Positions 17,906-27,126 of a stretch of 64,000 nucleotides of DNA are shown here, one piece after another; within the stretch, counting starts at the first letter, position 1, and every line of letters begins with the position of its first letter. This DNA is from a virus. The stretch spans positions 64,001 to 128,000 of IMG/VR virus record IMGVR_UViG_3300045988_138996, one strand, 5' to 3'. The notes beneath the pieces are model-generated. The model saw nothing but the letters and a program-made list of their open reading frames with translations. It was not told where the DNA came from and made no database searches. Made by a program: the position numbers and the translations under genes.

Positions 17906-19126
17906 ATGAAAATCGAAATGAAAGAATTTGTTAATTCTCTTAAAGAACAACGTGCTGAAGTGACTAAAGCCGGTCAAGAAGCTGGTTGGTCCCCTGAAAA
18001 AATGCAAGAATCTTTGAGAAAATATGATATTCTCGAAGACGTTGTTGCTCGTATGAACAAACAACCTAGCAATAAATCTTTCAGCATTAAAGAAACAATT
18101 ATGACAACTGATGTTGTCGATTTGGTTCCTCGTATCATCGAAACTCGTATGATCGAAGCTGAAGACACTCAATCTGTTATCTCTCCATTCTTCACAAAAA
18201 TTCAATCCGACAAAACTAGTGGTACCGTTGTAGTACCTATTATCGGTGAATTGCAAGCACACGAAGTTTCCGAAGCTGGTGCTTACAACGATGAAGCAGT
18301 AGAAATCAACACTCTTCAATACAACTCCATCGAAATTCGTCCTAAGAAAATCGGTCTTAAAGTTACGTTATCTGAAGAAGTTATCATGGATTCCTACTGG
18401 GATATCATGGAAGCTAACTTGTCCCGTATCGGCGGTGCAATGGCTCGTTACAAAGACGAATGGTGTGCTCGTGAGTTCTCTGAACATGGTCACGTAGTAT
18501 TTGATAACTCTTTAGGTGCTCAAAATCCTGACGCTATGACAAGTGGTCTTGGTGAAGATTCTCTTCCTAACGGTACTCTTTCCGTTGAAGACTTCATGTC
18601 TATGTGCTTGGCATTGATGGCAAATGATAAGACACCAACAGACGTTATCATGCATCCACTTTGCTGGTTAGTATTCGCTCGTAACGCAATGGTAGGTCAA
18701 GGCTTAACTTTCGGTGCTATGGGTGCTATGAATGTTAATCCATTCGGCACAACTCAAGGTACTCCTGGTTTCGCTGGCTTGTCTAACAACATGGGTCCTC
18801 AAAAATTCATCTTGAATGAATCTCAAGCAATGTTTAACTTGCCTATGCCAGTTAACATTATCTTGAGCCCTCGTGTTAAATTTGATAAACAAAACAAAAC
18901 ATTTGATATGTACGCTATCGATCGCAACAACATTGGTGCTATCGTACAACGTGAAGATTTGTCTATTGAAAAATGGACTAACCCAGAAACTGATGTACGT
19001 ATCATCAAAGCAAAAGAACGCTATGGCGTTGGTATCATGGATAATGGTAAAGGTATCGCAGTGGCTAAAAACATTTCCGCTATGCCTTCCTTCCCTCGTC
19101 CAACTGCAATTCGTATTCAAGAATAA
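17906..19126 (+). CDS. major capsid protein (HK97-fold type)
   Basis: 406 aa. N-terminal coiled delta-like segment (KEFVNSLKEQRAEVTKAG...). Right size and position after the protease-scaffold. Biased codon usage. Followed by a strong terminator. Confidence 0.65.
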   Translation: MKIEMKEFVNSLKEQRAEVTKAGQEAGWSPEKMQESLRKYDILEDVVARMNKQPSNKSFSIKETIMTTDVVDLVPRIIETRMIEAEDTQSVISPFFTKIQSDKTSGTVVVPIIGELQAHEVSEAGAYNDEAVEINTLQYNSIEIRPKKIGLKVTLSEEVIMDSYWDIMEANLSRIGGAMARYKDEWCAREFSEHGHVVFDNSLGAQNPDAMTSGLGEDSLPNGTLSVEDFMSMCLALMANDKTPTDVIMHPLCWLVFARNAMVGQGLTFGAMGAMNVNPFGTTQGTPGFAGLSNNMGPQKFILNESQAMFNLPMPVNIILSPRVKFDKQNKTFDMYAIDRNNIGAIVQREDLSIEKWTNPETDVRIIKAKERYGVGIMDNGKGIAVAKNISAMPSFPRPTAIRIQE

Positions 19127-19160
19127 TATTCTTAACGATTTGTTAATTGAATGAGTAATT

Positions 19161-19190
19161 AAGGGGAGCTTTCGGGCTCCCCTTTTTTTA
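19161..19190 (+). terminator. rho-independent terminator after capsid gene
   Basis: Stem ggggagc (19163-19169) / gctcccc (19176-19182), followed by seven T (19183-19189). Confidence 0.8.
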
Positions 19191-19209
19191 ATATACAAGA
19201 GGTATTTTA

Positions 19210-19830
19210 ATGACTAAATTAAAAGAACCGATCGCTATCGTGAAATTAGGTCATGGCGAAATTGGTTATTTTGACAAATTGACTCGTCTACGTTTAACAC
19301 GTAAAGCGCCATATGGTCGAATTTATGACGATATGGATCTTAAAAATATTCGTCGTTCTGTTAAAGTAGGCCGTTTGATTTTAGTTAACGGCATGCTTCC
19401 TGCAGAAAATGCTAACTATTCTAAAGCGACTAAACGTTTTATTCCGTCTTCAAATTATGATATGGTAGCATCTGGTTTAATTCGTCCTGAAGACGTTGCT
19501 GAAAAAACTGCTACTCGTTCTAAAGAATTAGAATTTGATTTAGACGCAGCATTAGCTGAAGCTAAAGAAAACTTAGAAAAAGTTAACAAGGAGAATACAA
19601 ATGGTCTGCAAGAAAAAGGGCAAGAAGGGTTGCAAGTAGCACCTGAAACTAAAACTGAAGAAGTAAAACCTGAAGAAACACCTAAAGCTGAAGTAGTTCC
19701 TGAAGAAACAGAGGCGAAGGACGTTGCAGAAGAAACTGTGGAAGAAGAATCTACAGAAGAAGTGGAAGATGAAGCCACAACTGAAGATAAACCTAAAAAA
19801 ACTCGTGGTCGTAAAAAAACTAGCAAATAA
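19210..19830 (+). CDS. hypothetical protein (globular N-terminus, acidic then basic C-terminal tail)
   Basis: 206-aa ORF with an RBS (aagaggt). C-terminal PETKTEEVKPEETPKAE repeats end in KKTRGRKKTSK. Confidence 0.5.
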   Translation: MTKLKEPIAIVKLGHGEIGYFDKLTRLRLTRKAPYGRIYDDMDLKNIRRSVKVGRLILVNGMLPAENANYSKATKRFIPSSNYDMVASGLIRPEDVAEKTATRSKELEFDLDAALAEAKENLEKVNKENTNGLQEKGQEGLQVAPETKTEEVKPEETPKAEVVPEETEAKDVAEETVEEESTEEVEDEATTEDKPKKTRGRKKTSK

Positions 19831-19841
19831 GAAGGAAGATT

Positions 19842-20969
19842 ATGTTTAAAGAATTTGCTTTGGTCGACATGGCCATAAATCCTATTGAAAAGCAAATTAA
19901 ACTTTTCTTTACTAGTAATGTTGATCCCGATACAGTCGATAGCGATACAATCGCAATGGTTCATGCAGAATCTCAAAAGATTTATCGATTAAAATATCGT
20001 ACGTCTAAGAAGACTGTTGTTATTACAGTATTAGACGATGTAGAACCTAATGAAGAATATCGTCTCGACATTAATAAAACTATTAAAGATATTGTTGGCA
20101 CTCCATTACAATCTAGTTTAATTCGCCACGTATATTTCAATAGTAACATATATTCTAATGTCCGCATTATTAGTCCGGCAAATCATGAGCTTATCGATGG
20201 ATCTTTTATATGTGAGTGGCAAGAAATCTTACGAGATAAAAGACGTAAACCTGTATTAGAATATCGATTGCAAATTTCTGAAAATAAAAATTTTGATCCT
20301 TGTGAAATCGATACTGTAATATTAAATAAACAACGTATCAGTTTCCCTCAATTAAAAGATGCCAAACAATATTATATCCGTATTCGTGTCGAAAAAGATG
20401 GCGAATTTGGAGCATGGTCTGATATAGCTACTTTTACTTACGATGGAAAAAATCGTGTTCTTGATCGTTTAGAAAAATCAGAAAAAGATCCTCATAAAAT
20501 AAATCCAGTATCTATTTGGGCTCCGTATAATTACAAACGGAACATGCACAATAATAAAGTCAATCTGGATACGAATCCAACTTCTCCGGGAACAATGTCG
20601 ACCGAAGAAGTTAATCATGCTACGGGATTAGGATTATCTCCTGAAGTAACGGCTAGTAATAATACAGCTACGTCATTATCTGAAGCAGCCATCGAACGAA
20701 TTATGAAAGATGGCAATGGTAATTCTGCGACAACTATTAAATTAGCTGACGGTACCATTATTACTAGAGCTAATGACAGTGGAACGCCAGGTGTCGTAGT
20801 CGATGAAACTCCAGCCGGTACTAATATTGCTCCTGTTATTATTAGTGCACTCGAAGTAACAAGACGTCCGCAACAAGGGACTAACGATGCTTTCGTATTT
20901 GAATTTAATGCTGAGATTAAAGATGAAGGTATTTTACAGAATATCGAAATCATCAGAAAGGATTTCTAA
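19842..20969 (+). CDS. hypothetical head/neck protein with an FN3/Ig-like segment
   Basis: The segment YRLQISENKNFDPCEIDTVILNKQRISFPQLKDAKQYYIRIRVEKDGEFGAWSDIATFTY looks like a fibronectin type III repeat. Confidence 0.4.
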   Translation: MFKEFALVDMAINPIEKQIKLFFTSNVDPDTVDSDTIAMVHAESQKIYRLKYRTSKKTVVITVLDDVEPNEEYRLDINKTIKDIVGTPLQSSLIRHVYFNSNIYSNVRIISPANHELIDGSFICEWQEILRDKRRKPVLEYRLQISENKNFDPCEIDTVILNKQRISFPQLKDAKQYYIRIRVEKDGEFGAWSDIATFTYDGKNRVLDRLEKSEKDPHKINPVSIWAPYNYKRNMHNNKVNLDTNPTSPGTMSTEEVNHATGLGLSPEVTASNNTATSLSEAAIERIMKDGNGNSATTIKLADGTIITRANDSGTPGVVVDETPAGTNIAPVIISALEVTRRPQQGTNDAFVFEFNAEIKDEGILQNIEIIRKDF

Positions 20970-21664
20970 TGGCAGAACCTTTTGAGTATACGATATTTGG
21001 TAATCGTTTAGAACTAAGACCAGTCGGCGGTGTTAAACCTGATTCTCTATATGAAATCAGAATTAAAAAACTTGAATCTGTCGATGGTAAAAAAGTATTA
21101 AAGTATAAAGTCTATACGGTAGCATCAGAACAAATTAGTAATTTTTATACGCTCGGCGATGTAAATTATCTAATCGATGTATTTGATGCTAGTGATACAG
21201 AAGTATTATACGCATTAAAAGAAGCAAGTCGGTTTGCACAGTTTCTATTGGATCAAATTCCAGGTTATGAAAATAGAGCCGATTTGCCATATCTTTTACA
21301 ACAGTTCTGTAAATTAAGAGCAACGTTAAGTCTTGTAAGTAAGCATGCTGTTACGACTTCTACATCTGGTAAGATATCGGGTCATATCGGTAATATTAGT
21401 TTTGGTTCGACAGAATCTGGTGGATCTAGTTCGTCTAGTTCTAGTGGCAGTGGCGCGCCTTCCTTATCAGATCTTATCAAAATGATTAAAGCTGAAATGG
21501 AAATTTTTGAAAAACTAATTGTCGATCCTACGTATCTTACTATGGGTAGAGCTGAACCAAGAACAGGTAAACGCTCCTATACAGAAAAACAAAAATTACA
21601 TACATATCCTACGACATTGTTTGATGATTTGTCACGTTCATTAAAATCCTTGAGGAAAACTTAA
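20969..21664 (+). CDS. hypothetical protein (head-tail joining candidate by position)
   Basis: Start overlaps the previous stop (taATG). Has a poly-Ser tract GGSSSSSSSGSG. Confidence 0.4.
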   Translation: MAEPFEYTIFGNRLELRPVGGVKPDSLYEIRIKKLESVDGKKVLKYKVYTVASEQISNFYTLGDVNYLIDVFDASDTEVLYALKEASRFAQFLLDQIPGYENRADLPYLLQQFCKLRATLSLVSKHAVTTSTSGKISGHIGNISFGSTESGGSSSSSSSGSGAPSLSDLIKMIKAEMEIFEKLIVDPTYLTMGRAEPRTGKRSYTEKQKLHTYPTTLFDDLSRSLKSLRKT

Positions 21665-22107
21665 TGAAAAATTTAGATGAACGAATTAATGGTTTAATAC
21701 AATTAATGGAAGTTCCAGTATGGCTGGTACAACCATATAAAAATATAGATTGCACTTGTAAAGACGTGACAGCAAAAGAAGGCGATCCTCTTTGTAAGAA
21801 TTGTTTAGGCTTTGGTCAAAAAATTCTAATAAGAGAAGCCCGTGCTCATGTTCAACCAATATATTCTACAGATAGTGCGGATAATAAATTATTTCTAATG
21901 CAAGGGTATGATGTATATCTTCGCAATGAATTTCCGGTTTTTGCTGGAGATATTATAGTCTTTAAAGATAAGATAATTAACGTAGGATATGTATTAGAAT
22001 GGTATTCTAATACAATGGACTGTGTTTATTATCAAGCTAATGGAGTTAATTATAAAAGAAATCCAGAAGCATTTATGAAAAACTTTAAAGCATTGATCGG
22101 AGGTTAA
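21664..22107 (+). CDS. hypothetical protein with CxC...CxxC cluster (head-tail joining candidate by position)
   Basis: IDCTCKDVTAKEGDPLCKNCLGFG cluster. Translationally coupled start. Confidence 0.4.
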   Translation: MKNLDERINGLIQLMEVPVWLVQPYKNIDCTCKDVTAKEGDPLCKNCLGFGQKILIREARAHVQPIYSTDSADNKLFLMQGYDVYLRNEFPVFAGDIIVFKDKIINVGYVLEWYSNTMDCVYYQANGVNYKRNPEAFMKNFKALIGG

Positions 22108-22108
22108 T

Positions 22109-23101
22109 ATGACTGCCGACGATAAACACACGAGTCTATTAATTATTGGTAATTCTGAATCGACAAATAAAACATGTAAAATTGAAAAATTTAATACGTT
22201 ATATAATGTCGAAAAAGAATATGGAAAAGATTCTGATTTGTATTTGGCTTATAAATTAGCTAAAAATTATCATGCTCCAGATGTTTATTTGGTAAATATG
22301 CGTACGTTATCAGATTTTATAAACATAACAAAACAATTAATAGATTGTGACTTTGCATATATATGTCCAACAAAAATAATGTTTTCCGATCGTTTTACAG
22401 ATCGTTATAATAAAGATTTAACTGATTATTATTTAAATGTATTATCTAGTAATTGTTATAAAAATCGTAGTATGATTATCGTTACTGATAAACATAGTTC
22501 TTTATTTGAAGACATCGATGAGTTTAATAATTACTATGATGCTATCGTACAAAAGTTTACTTCTGTGCATAATAAGAATAAATTTTTAGATAATATAATT
22601 TTAGTAGGCAATAATTTAAAATATATTCAGTATAGTAATATAGTTGTAGCGGCAAAATTAGCCGCCACGCCTATCAACGAGTACCCACTTTTATCAAATG
22701 AGGATACCGACTTTATATTAGATTATAAAGATATGCTTCCTAATGTCGTCTATTACAGAAATAGTTCATTAGTCGGTACAACAGTTGAAAATTTAGTTAA
22801 CCTATCTAGCGAAAATCCTAATAAATCTGTTATGGTAATGCGTATTATTTATTACCTAGTCAGAGAAATGGACTTCGATGAATATATAGGAAAAAATTAT
22901 CGGAAGTTTTATCTGTTAAAGATAAGAGACCGATTAGAATCCTTATTAAAACAAAATGTAGGATTTGTTCTATACGACTATCATATCGATAGCGTTGAAG
23001 AACAATTAAGAGAAAATGGATTAGGGGTCGACATTATACTTCGGTATACGTTGTATCCTTTATTCACGACAGAGTCATATACTGCGGAACAGAGGTTATA
23101 A
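22109..23101 (+). CDS. hypothetical protein (neck/tail-completion position)
   Basis: 330-aa ORF, tightly packed upstream of the sheath. Confidence 0.4.
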   Translation: MTADDKHTSLLIIGNSESTNKTCKIEKFNTLYNVEKEYGKDSDLYLAYKLAKNYHAPDVYLVNMRTLSDFINITKQLIDCDFAYICPTKIMFSDRFTDRYNKDLTDYYLNVLSSNCYKNRSMIIVTDKHSSLFEDIDEFNNYYDAIVQKFTSVHNKNKFLDNIILVGNNLKYIQYSNIVVAAKLAATPINEYPLLSNEDTDFILDYKDMLPNVVYYRNSSLVGTTVENLVNLSSENPNKSVMVMRIIYYLVREMDFDEYIGKNYRKFYLLKIRDRLESLLKQNVGFVLYDYHIDSVEEQLRENGLGVDIILRYTLYPLFTTESYTAEQRL

Positions 23102-23814
23102 TGACAGACGAACTTACTCATGATGAACGATTTATAATCGATCAGATAAAAGCAAAAAAAAATAGCCTGTCAGTAGTCAATGCTCCCGGTAGGCTAATGA
23201 ATAATCGACGCAGAGTCGATCGATTAAGGGCTGAACAGTCCATTAGTTTTGATGAATTTATCGAGCTGCTCGTTAAATTAGTCGAAAAAGCGTTATATGA
23301 AGATCAAGTTAAAATGAGCCCAGACGAAGGGGCTACGATTAACGATCGCGACAGACCAATTAATAATCCCTATATTTTCTTTAAAATTATATCTGGCAAA
23401 ACTATTAATAGTATTAAACCGAGATTAATGGAGAATATTATCAGACGTGCTCCAGGTCATCCTGAATATCGTCCAGATAATAAATATCCTGTTAAAGAAA
23501 ATATTGAAGAAGAAGGTGTTGAAGTATATTGTCATGCATTCGAATATGTACTTCAATTTGATATCTTCGCTAGCAGTTATGCAACGGCTAATAAAGTCTT
23601 AAAAGATTTTGAAGAACTTATGTATGACTATACGGGTTATGTTAAAAGTCGTGGTGTAAATGAACTTTTATATGATCAACGCTTAACAGACGAATCTAAC
23701 GTTCAATATCGAGAAAAATATTCAGTTAGAAGTGTTCGCTACATTTTAAGAATAGACAAGATATTTGTTGTTACTCGCAAACTTATCGAACGTCTATTAA
23801 ATCTTGATAAATAA
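23101..23814 (+). CDS. hypothetical protein (tail terminator/completion position)
   Basis: 237-aa ORF immediately upstream of the sheath. Confidence 0.4.
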   Translation: MTDELTHDERFIIDQIKAKKNSLSVVNAPGRLMNNRRRVDRLRAEQSISFDEFIELLVKLVEKALYEDQVKMSPDEGATINDRDRPINNPYIFFKIISGKTINSIKPRLMENIIRRAPGHPEYRPDNKYPVKENIEEEGVEVYCHAFEYVLQFDIFASSYATANKVLKDFEELMYDYTGYVKSRGVNELLYDQRLTDESNVQYREKYSVRSVRYILRIDKIFVVTRKLIERLLNLDK

Positions 23815-23837
23815 TTATTAATCTAAGAGGTTGAATA

Positions 23838-26800
23838 ATGGCGTACTCTTTCAAAGAGGAAATCCTCCGCGATCTTCCTGGTGTGTTTGTCGAAGTCAAT
23901 TCTGTAAAGAAAAAACTTTATGACGACAGCCAATTCGGTACAACTGACGCAGTGCTTTGTATCGGTACTGCATTCGATGGTCCTAACGGTGTTCCTGTGC
24001 CTATTTATGATCCATCTTATGCAACATATACTTATGGCGATACTTATAATCGCGAAACTAAACGTGAAGTAGACTTAACAGCTACATTGGCTGATGCATA
24101 TAATTCCGGTTGCCGTACTTTGTATGGTTTCCGTATCGGTGGTTCTGAAGCTCAAAAAGATTTTAAATTGCGTTCTGACGATACTCTTCGTTTCCGTGTA
24201 AAATCTCGCTTCCCATCTAACAAAGCTAAACAAGTATACTTTACTTTCGATAATACTCCAGGTCAAGAAGTTCTTACTATCTATAAACCTGTATCTAAAG
24301 CGACAACTTACGAACGTTACAATGCTATGATTGATAACGAAGAAGAAATGATTAAAGTTGAAATTCCTTTGGGCCTTATGGGTGCTGGCTTTACTGCCGA
24401 TACTCCTATCTCCGAAGTAATTCGTCATATCAATAACTTTCCTCGTAACAATGTTGTTACTTTGTCTATCGTAAATAAAAAAGGTCAAGATGTTACACTT
24501 CGTAAAGATTCTTACGAATTAGCTCTTGGTTCTATTTTCCCTGGTACATACTTCTTAGGTCGTAAACGCTCCTTAGTACCTTGCCGTACAGAAGTTCGTA
24601 CTCATGTAATCAAATCTAAAAAATCTCCAAAACCTTTCGGTTCCTTTACTGGTAAATATTTCCATACTCTTCGTATTAATACAGACGTTAATGCTGAATA
24701 TCCTATTTACTCTGTAAGTGATAAAGATTTGAACGAAGCCTTCACTACTGTAGGCTTGAAAATGTATACTCATAATGATTATCTTCGTACTCCTGGTGCA
24801 TCTGCATTAGCATTCGAAGAAGATGATAACGATTATGAAGATACTAATATGACTAACTTCCAAAAATACATGAAGTTAGGTTCTGGCTTTGCTATTACAG
24901 CAACAGCTTATCCTCGTACAAATTCTACTGGTCAATATTTGACTCCTCGTGTAAAAGAATCTGACGTTAAAGATAAACAATACGTAGTATCTATTGGTGA
25001 AGGTGCATACTCTGTATTGCAAAACGCTGATATGCCTTATCGTGTATTGGGCGCTCAAATTTGTGCCGATACTGTAATTGGCGGTCGCCTTCCTAAACCA
25101 AAAGATTTCTTAAAAGCATTCCCTATCGATGCTGTTATGGTTAATACTGTAGCAGGTGGTGCTCCTGTAGTCGATACCGAAATGTTTAAAATAACTCCTG
25201 TAGTTAATGTTAAAGATACTAAACATTCTCCACGTTCTTATAAATTTAGCTTTGCTAAAGTAGATAATGCTGCAGAAATTACTGACGAAAACATTTATCA
25301 AAACGAAGTATTTACAGTTATCCCTTCTGTAGCTAATGAAGCTGCTTTGGATTTAGATCATAAAACTTATGAAGCTGGTCAAACATTCTACTTTGAAGAC
25401 ACTAAAGAAGTGAAATCTATTACGTTCGATGGTAAGCTTCAAAATGCTGTTTCTCCACATCAAAAATTCAAACACTTCGTTACGAAAGATAAAATTATCG
25501 AAGCAGAACCAGCAACTGGTAATACTGTAACATTTAAAGAAATCGCATCTCTTGCTGATCTTCAATATGATACAGCTATGAATGGTTTGTTGACAGATGC
25601 TGATGCAACGACTGCTGCATACTATGCAACGACTGCTGCTGCTGCTACTGCAACTGCTGCTAATGCTAAATACGTATTACTTTCTGTTAATGACGTATTA
25701 TGTGTTGGCAAATATGATGCTGGCGCTGTAACTCCTATCGGTGAATATGACATCTTAACAGATAAAGATTCTCGTGACGATAAAGTCGTTACTTATATTG
25801 AAAACTTCGATTGCGTAGACAACCGTGTTATCATTTCCGTAACAGACTTCAACTATCGTACTGTAGCAGAATTTATTTCTGACTTAAAAGATAACGTTAA
25901 CTTCACTGATAACTTTACTGTGGAATTGACTGATAATGGTATCGTTGAAAAAGATGCTCTTATCGAAGAAGTGTTAGAACCTGTATTGGTTGGCGGCAAA
26001 GTTGCGTTAGCTACTTTGGCTAAAGACCGTACTATCGATTACGATTATACTATGCGTATTCCTTATCGTACTCCTGATAACTTCGCTCGTCAATTGGCAC
26101 AACATTGCTTGTATACAGAATTAAAAACTGCTCATACTCATGGTTTGATCGGTGTTGAACGTATCTCTGACTACACATTGTCTGGCGTCGAACAAAAATT
26201 CCAAGATTTGAATAGTTTAAATCTTAACCTAGAATTGAAACGTGGTAACGGTCGTTCTGTAATCGATGACGACGGTGCTCCTGTCGATATCGGCCGTTCT
26301 ATTTCTTGTACATTCTTCCAAAACAATGTACCAGTTTATAATTCTACTTACGCATATGTAGGTAACGGTGCTGCAGCTTATGCTGGTATGGTTTCCGCAT
26401 TGCCTGTAGAACAATCTCCTACGAACCAAAAAATCGGCATTTCTCCATTGTTTGAATTAACAGCTTCTCAATTATCTAACTTAACTTCTAAAGGTATTGT
26501 TACAGTTAAGAATACATTTACTCGTGGTTATGTAATTACAGATGGCTGTACAATGGCAGATCCAACTGATGCATTGTCTCGTCTTAATAGTGTTCGTATC
26601 ATCGACGCTGTTGAACGTGCTATTCGCCGTGTTTGTGAACCATTTATCGGTAAACAAAATACAATCTCCGTTCGTAACTCTATCCAAACAGGTTTGACAT
26701 CTGAGTTGAATAAACTTAAAGGTGTATTGTTATATGACTACTTATTCGAAATTGCTAATGACGTAACTGCTCTTCAATATACTTATATTGATATCAATTA

Positions 26801-26870
26801 CACTATTATGCCATTTAACGAAATTCGTCAAATCAATAACTACATTCAAATTCGTCAACCTGGTACCTAG
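23838..26870 (+). CDS. tail sheath protein (unusually large, 1010 aa)
   Basis: The N-terminal LPGVFVEVNS...TDAVLCIGTAFDGPNG fits the sheath N-terminal pattern (pGVyvee...a.vG.a..Gp). The C-terminal KGIVTVKNTFTRGYVITDGCTMA...LNSVRIIDAVERAIRRVCEPFIGKQN fits the sheath C-terminal domain pattern. Biased codon usage. Confidence 0.75.
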   Translation: MAYSFKEEILRDLPGVFVEVNSVKKKLYDDSQFGTTDAVLCIGTAFDGPNGVPVPIYDPSYATYTYGDTYNRETKREVDLTATLADAYNSGCRTLYGFRIGGSEAQKDFKLRSDDTLRFRVKSRFPSNKAKQVYFTFDNTPGQEVLTIYKPVSKATTYERYNAMIDNEEEMIKVEIPLGLMGAGFTADTPISEVIRHINNFPRNNVVTLSIVNKKGQDVTLRKDSYELALGSIFPGTYFLGRKRSLVPCRTEVRTHVIKSKKSPKPFGSFTGKYFHTLRINTDVNAEYPIYSVSDKDLNEAFTTVGLKMYTHNDYLRTPGASALAFEEDDNDYEDTNMTNFQKYMKLGSGFAITATAYPRTNSTGQYLTPRVKESDVKDKQYVVSIGEGAYSVLQNADMPYRVLGAQICADTVIGGRLPKPKDFLKAFPIDAVMVNTVAGGAPVVDTEMFKITPVVNVKDTKHSPRSYKFSFAKVDNAAEITDENIYQNEVFTVIPSVANEAALDLDHKTYEAGQTFYFEDTKEVKSITFDGKLQNAVSPHQKFKHFVTKDKIIEAEPATGNTVTFKEIASLADLQYDTAMNGLLTDADATTAAYYATTAAAATATAANAKYVLLSVNDVLCVGKYDAGAVTPIGEYDILTDKDSRDDKVVTYIENFDCVDNRVIISVTDFNYRTVAEFISDLKDNVNFTDNFTVELTDNGIVEKDALIEEVLEPVLVGGKVALATLAKDRTIDYDYTMRIPYRTPDNFARQLAQHCLYTELKTAHTHGLIGVERISDYTLSGVEQKFQDLNSLNLNLELKRGNGRSVIDDDGAPVDIGRSISCTFFQNNVPVYNSTYAYVGNGAAAYAGMVSALPVEQSPTNQKIGISPLFELTASQLSNLTSKGIVTVKNTFTRGYVITDGCTMADPTDALSRLNSVRIIDAVERAIRRVCEPFIGKQNTISVRNSIQTGLTSELNKLKGVLLYDYLFEIANDVTALQYTYIDINYTIMPFNEIRQINNYIQIRQPGT

Positions 26871-26892
26871 TAGTTTTTAATTAAAGAAGGAG

Positions 26893-26913
26893 GGGGCGGA
26901 TAACCTCCGCCCC
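26893..26913 (+). terminator. GC-rich hairpin after sheath (terminator or attenuator)
   Basis: ggggcgga (26893-26900) / tccgcccc (26906-26913). The trailing tract attattt is only weakly T-rich. Overlaps an aaggagg sequence. Confidence 0.4.
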
Positions 26914-26925
26914 ATTATTTAACAC

Positions 26926-27126
26926 ATGGCTTACTCTAATAACTCTGGTGTAACTACAGCGTCTGAATACACTCGTAGTTATACTACTTTTTCCGGCTGT
27001 GATATCGTAGCTACATTCGGTTCCGAAGTAGTAGCTGAAATTCAAGGTATTACAGTTTCTATTAATCGTGAAAAGGCTCCAGTGTACACCTTCGGGAGTG
27101 CAGAGCCTCGTTCTATCTCGAGAGGT
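26926..27126 (+). CDS. tail tube protein, exon 1
   Basis: Immediately follows the sheath. Homologous to the N-terminus of the intact paralogue at 30429 (YTRSYTTFSGCDIVA... versus YTRTYTSYSGCDIVA...; REKAPVYTFG versus QEKAPVRTLG). Ends ...SISRG at ggt|aaa. The track tail NSAFASPLQ* is intron read-through. Confidence 0.75.

Noticed and set aside
16277-19976. Long minus-strand ORFs (16277..17032, 17480..17812, 17876..18319, 18704..19198, 19455..19976), plus similar ones at 24075..26687, 20615..20953 and 57586..58563.
   Set aside because: Each lies entirely antisense to a well-supported plus-strand structural gene. They have low-complexity Ser/Phe/Ile-rich translations typical of shadow frames, have no RBS or promoter, and break the strictly unidirectional operon layout.
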